NCBI RefSeq assembly: GCF_963921235.1
Contig: NC_086097.1
Span: 245,088,001-245,152,000, forward strand
Reading direction: 5' to 3'
Source: Mobula hypostoma
Lineage: Eukaryota
Length of the DNA: 64,000 nucleotides
Both the position numbers and the translations under genes were made by a program. A model generated the notes under the pieces. It worked only from the letters and a program-made list of their open reading frames with translations, was not told where the DNA came from and did not search any database. Positions 62,481-64,000 of this stretch are shown here, piece by piece. Within the stretch, counting starts at the first letter, position 1, and every line of letters begins with the position of its first letter.

Positions 62481-62699
62481 AATCTGAAACCCTGCCTCTT
62501 GCTCCAATTCTTCTGCCATGCATTCTTCCAGATGGACTATTCATTGTAATTAAATTGTATCATCCATGAAGTAAGTAGTTGTGTTTTGTCCCTCTGCTAC
62601 CATTCCTCTTAACACTGAGCCATGTGTTGTTTCACCACCTGTCTGAACAGTCATTTAGATTACAAGCTTTGGCTCAAGTGCAGGGCACGGGTAAAAGGA

Positions 62700-64000
62700 C
62701 CCAAATGGCATTTGTATACAGGCCTCCAAACAATAGCTAGGATGTTGAATATAGTTTACAGCAGGAGATAGTAAAGGCGTGTCAGAAAGGCAATGTCATG
62801 ATAATCTTTGGGGATTTTAACATGGAAGTGGATTGGGAACACCAAGTCAGTACTGGACCTCGAGAGAGAGTATTTATAGAATTTATGGCTTTTTAGAACA
62901 GCTTGTTGTTAAGCCCACGAGGGGATCAGCTGTGCTGGATTGGGTGTTCTGCAATGATCCAGAGGTGATAAGAGAGCTTAAGGCTAAGGAACCCTTAGGG
63001 AATAGTGATCACAATACAATCGAGTTCACATTGAAATTTGAAAGGGAAAAAATAAAATCCAATGTGTCATTATTTCAGTGGAATAAAGGAAATTACAATG
63101 GCATGAGAGGGGAACTGGCCAAAGTTGACTGAAAAGGAATACTTGCAGGAAAGACAACAGAGCAGCAATGGCTGGAGTTTCTGCAAAAACTGAGGGAACT
63201 GCTAGACAGATATATTCCAAATAAGAAGAAATTTTCAAAGGGACAAAGGACAGTACCGTGGCTGACATGTGAAGTCAGAGCCAAAATAAAAGCAAAAGAG
63301 AGGACATACAAGGAAGCCAGAGCTAGTGGGAAGATAGAGGATTGGGAAGCTTTTAAAAACTTGCAGAAGGAAACTAAGAAGGTCATTCGGAGGGAAAAGA
63401 TTAATTATGAGAGGAAGCTGGCAATTAATATCAGAGAAGATACCAAAAGCTTTTTTAAGGCTTTATGTATCAATGCAAGGAGCATTTGTAATAAGGTGGA
63501 TGAATTGAAAGTGCAGATTGTTATTAATGATTATGATATAGTTGGGATCACAGAGACATGGCTCCAGGGTGACCAGGGATGGGAGCTCAACGTTCAGGGA
63601 TATTCAATATTCAGGAGGGATAGACATGAAGGAAAGGGAGGTGGGGTGGCGTTGCTGGTTAGAGAAGAGATTAACGCAATAGAAAGGAAGGACATAAGCC
63701 GGGAAGATGTGGAATCGATATGGTTAGAGCTGCGTAACACTAAGGGGCAGAAGACGCTGGTGGGAGTTGTGTACAGGCCACCTAACAGTAGTAGTGAGGT
63801 CGGAGATGGTATTAAACAGGAAATTAGAAATGTGTGCAATAAAGGAACAGCAGTTATAATGGGTGACTTCAATCTACATGTAGACTGGGTGAACCAAATT
63901 GATAAAGGTACTGAGGAAGAGGATTTCTTGGAATGTATGCGGGATGGTTTTTTGAACCAACATGTCGAGGAACCAACTAGAGAGCAGGCTATTCTGGACT
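62700..64000 (+). mobile_element. Two juxtaposed CR1 endonuclease-region fragments (second runs off the window)
   Basis: PTRGSAVLDWV...SDHNTIEF. After a junction at about 63460 the sequence restarts at NARSI.NKVDEL...GITETWL...YRPPNS...GDFN. Confidence 0.85.

Noticed and set aside
59382..64000. Terminal UBP1 exons (MVQNF... and the stop codon)
   Set aside because: Not seen. The region is TE-derived, so the gene probably continues beyond the window.

Overview
This is eukaryotic (vertebrate) genomic DNA. The repeat landscape (CR1, Rex1/Babar, Penelope-derived repeats, tRNA-SINEs) suggests a cartilaginous fish, probably a ray or skate; that assignment is inference. The whole window lies inside one + strand gene of the CP2/Grainyhead transcription-factor family, best matching UBP1 (LBP-1a/b). 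Ten internal coding exons with GT-AG boundaries and consistent phases were read by eye (19937-59381). They include the 36-aa exon that defines the LBP-1b isoform. The 5' exons and the last exons were not found in the window. The introns are dense with nested transposable elements: many CR1 LINEs (one near full length), an internally deleted Helitron with intact termini, an RTE-X-like LINE, an IR-DR Tc1 transposon inside an L1 3' end, Rex1/Babar and L2 fragments, MITEs and SINEs. The most interesting signals are (1) a family of very short Penelope-derived insertions carrying minimal hammerhead-ribozyme motifs, two with target-site duplications; (2) a TE-depleted intronic block around the LBP-1b exon containing a candidate poison exon and an RBFOX motif cluster; and (3) the Rep-less Helitron. 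No prokaryotic system or CRISPR array is present. TE boundaries without a stated TSD or terminus are approximate.
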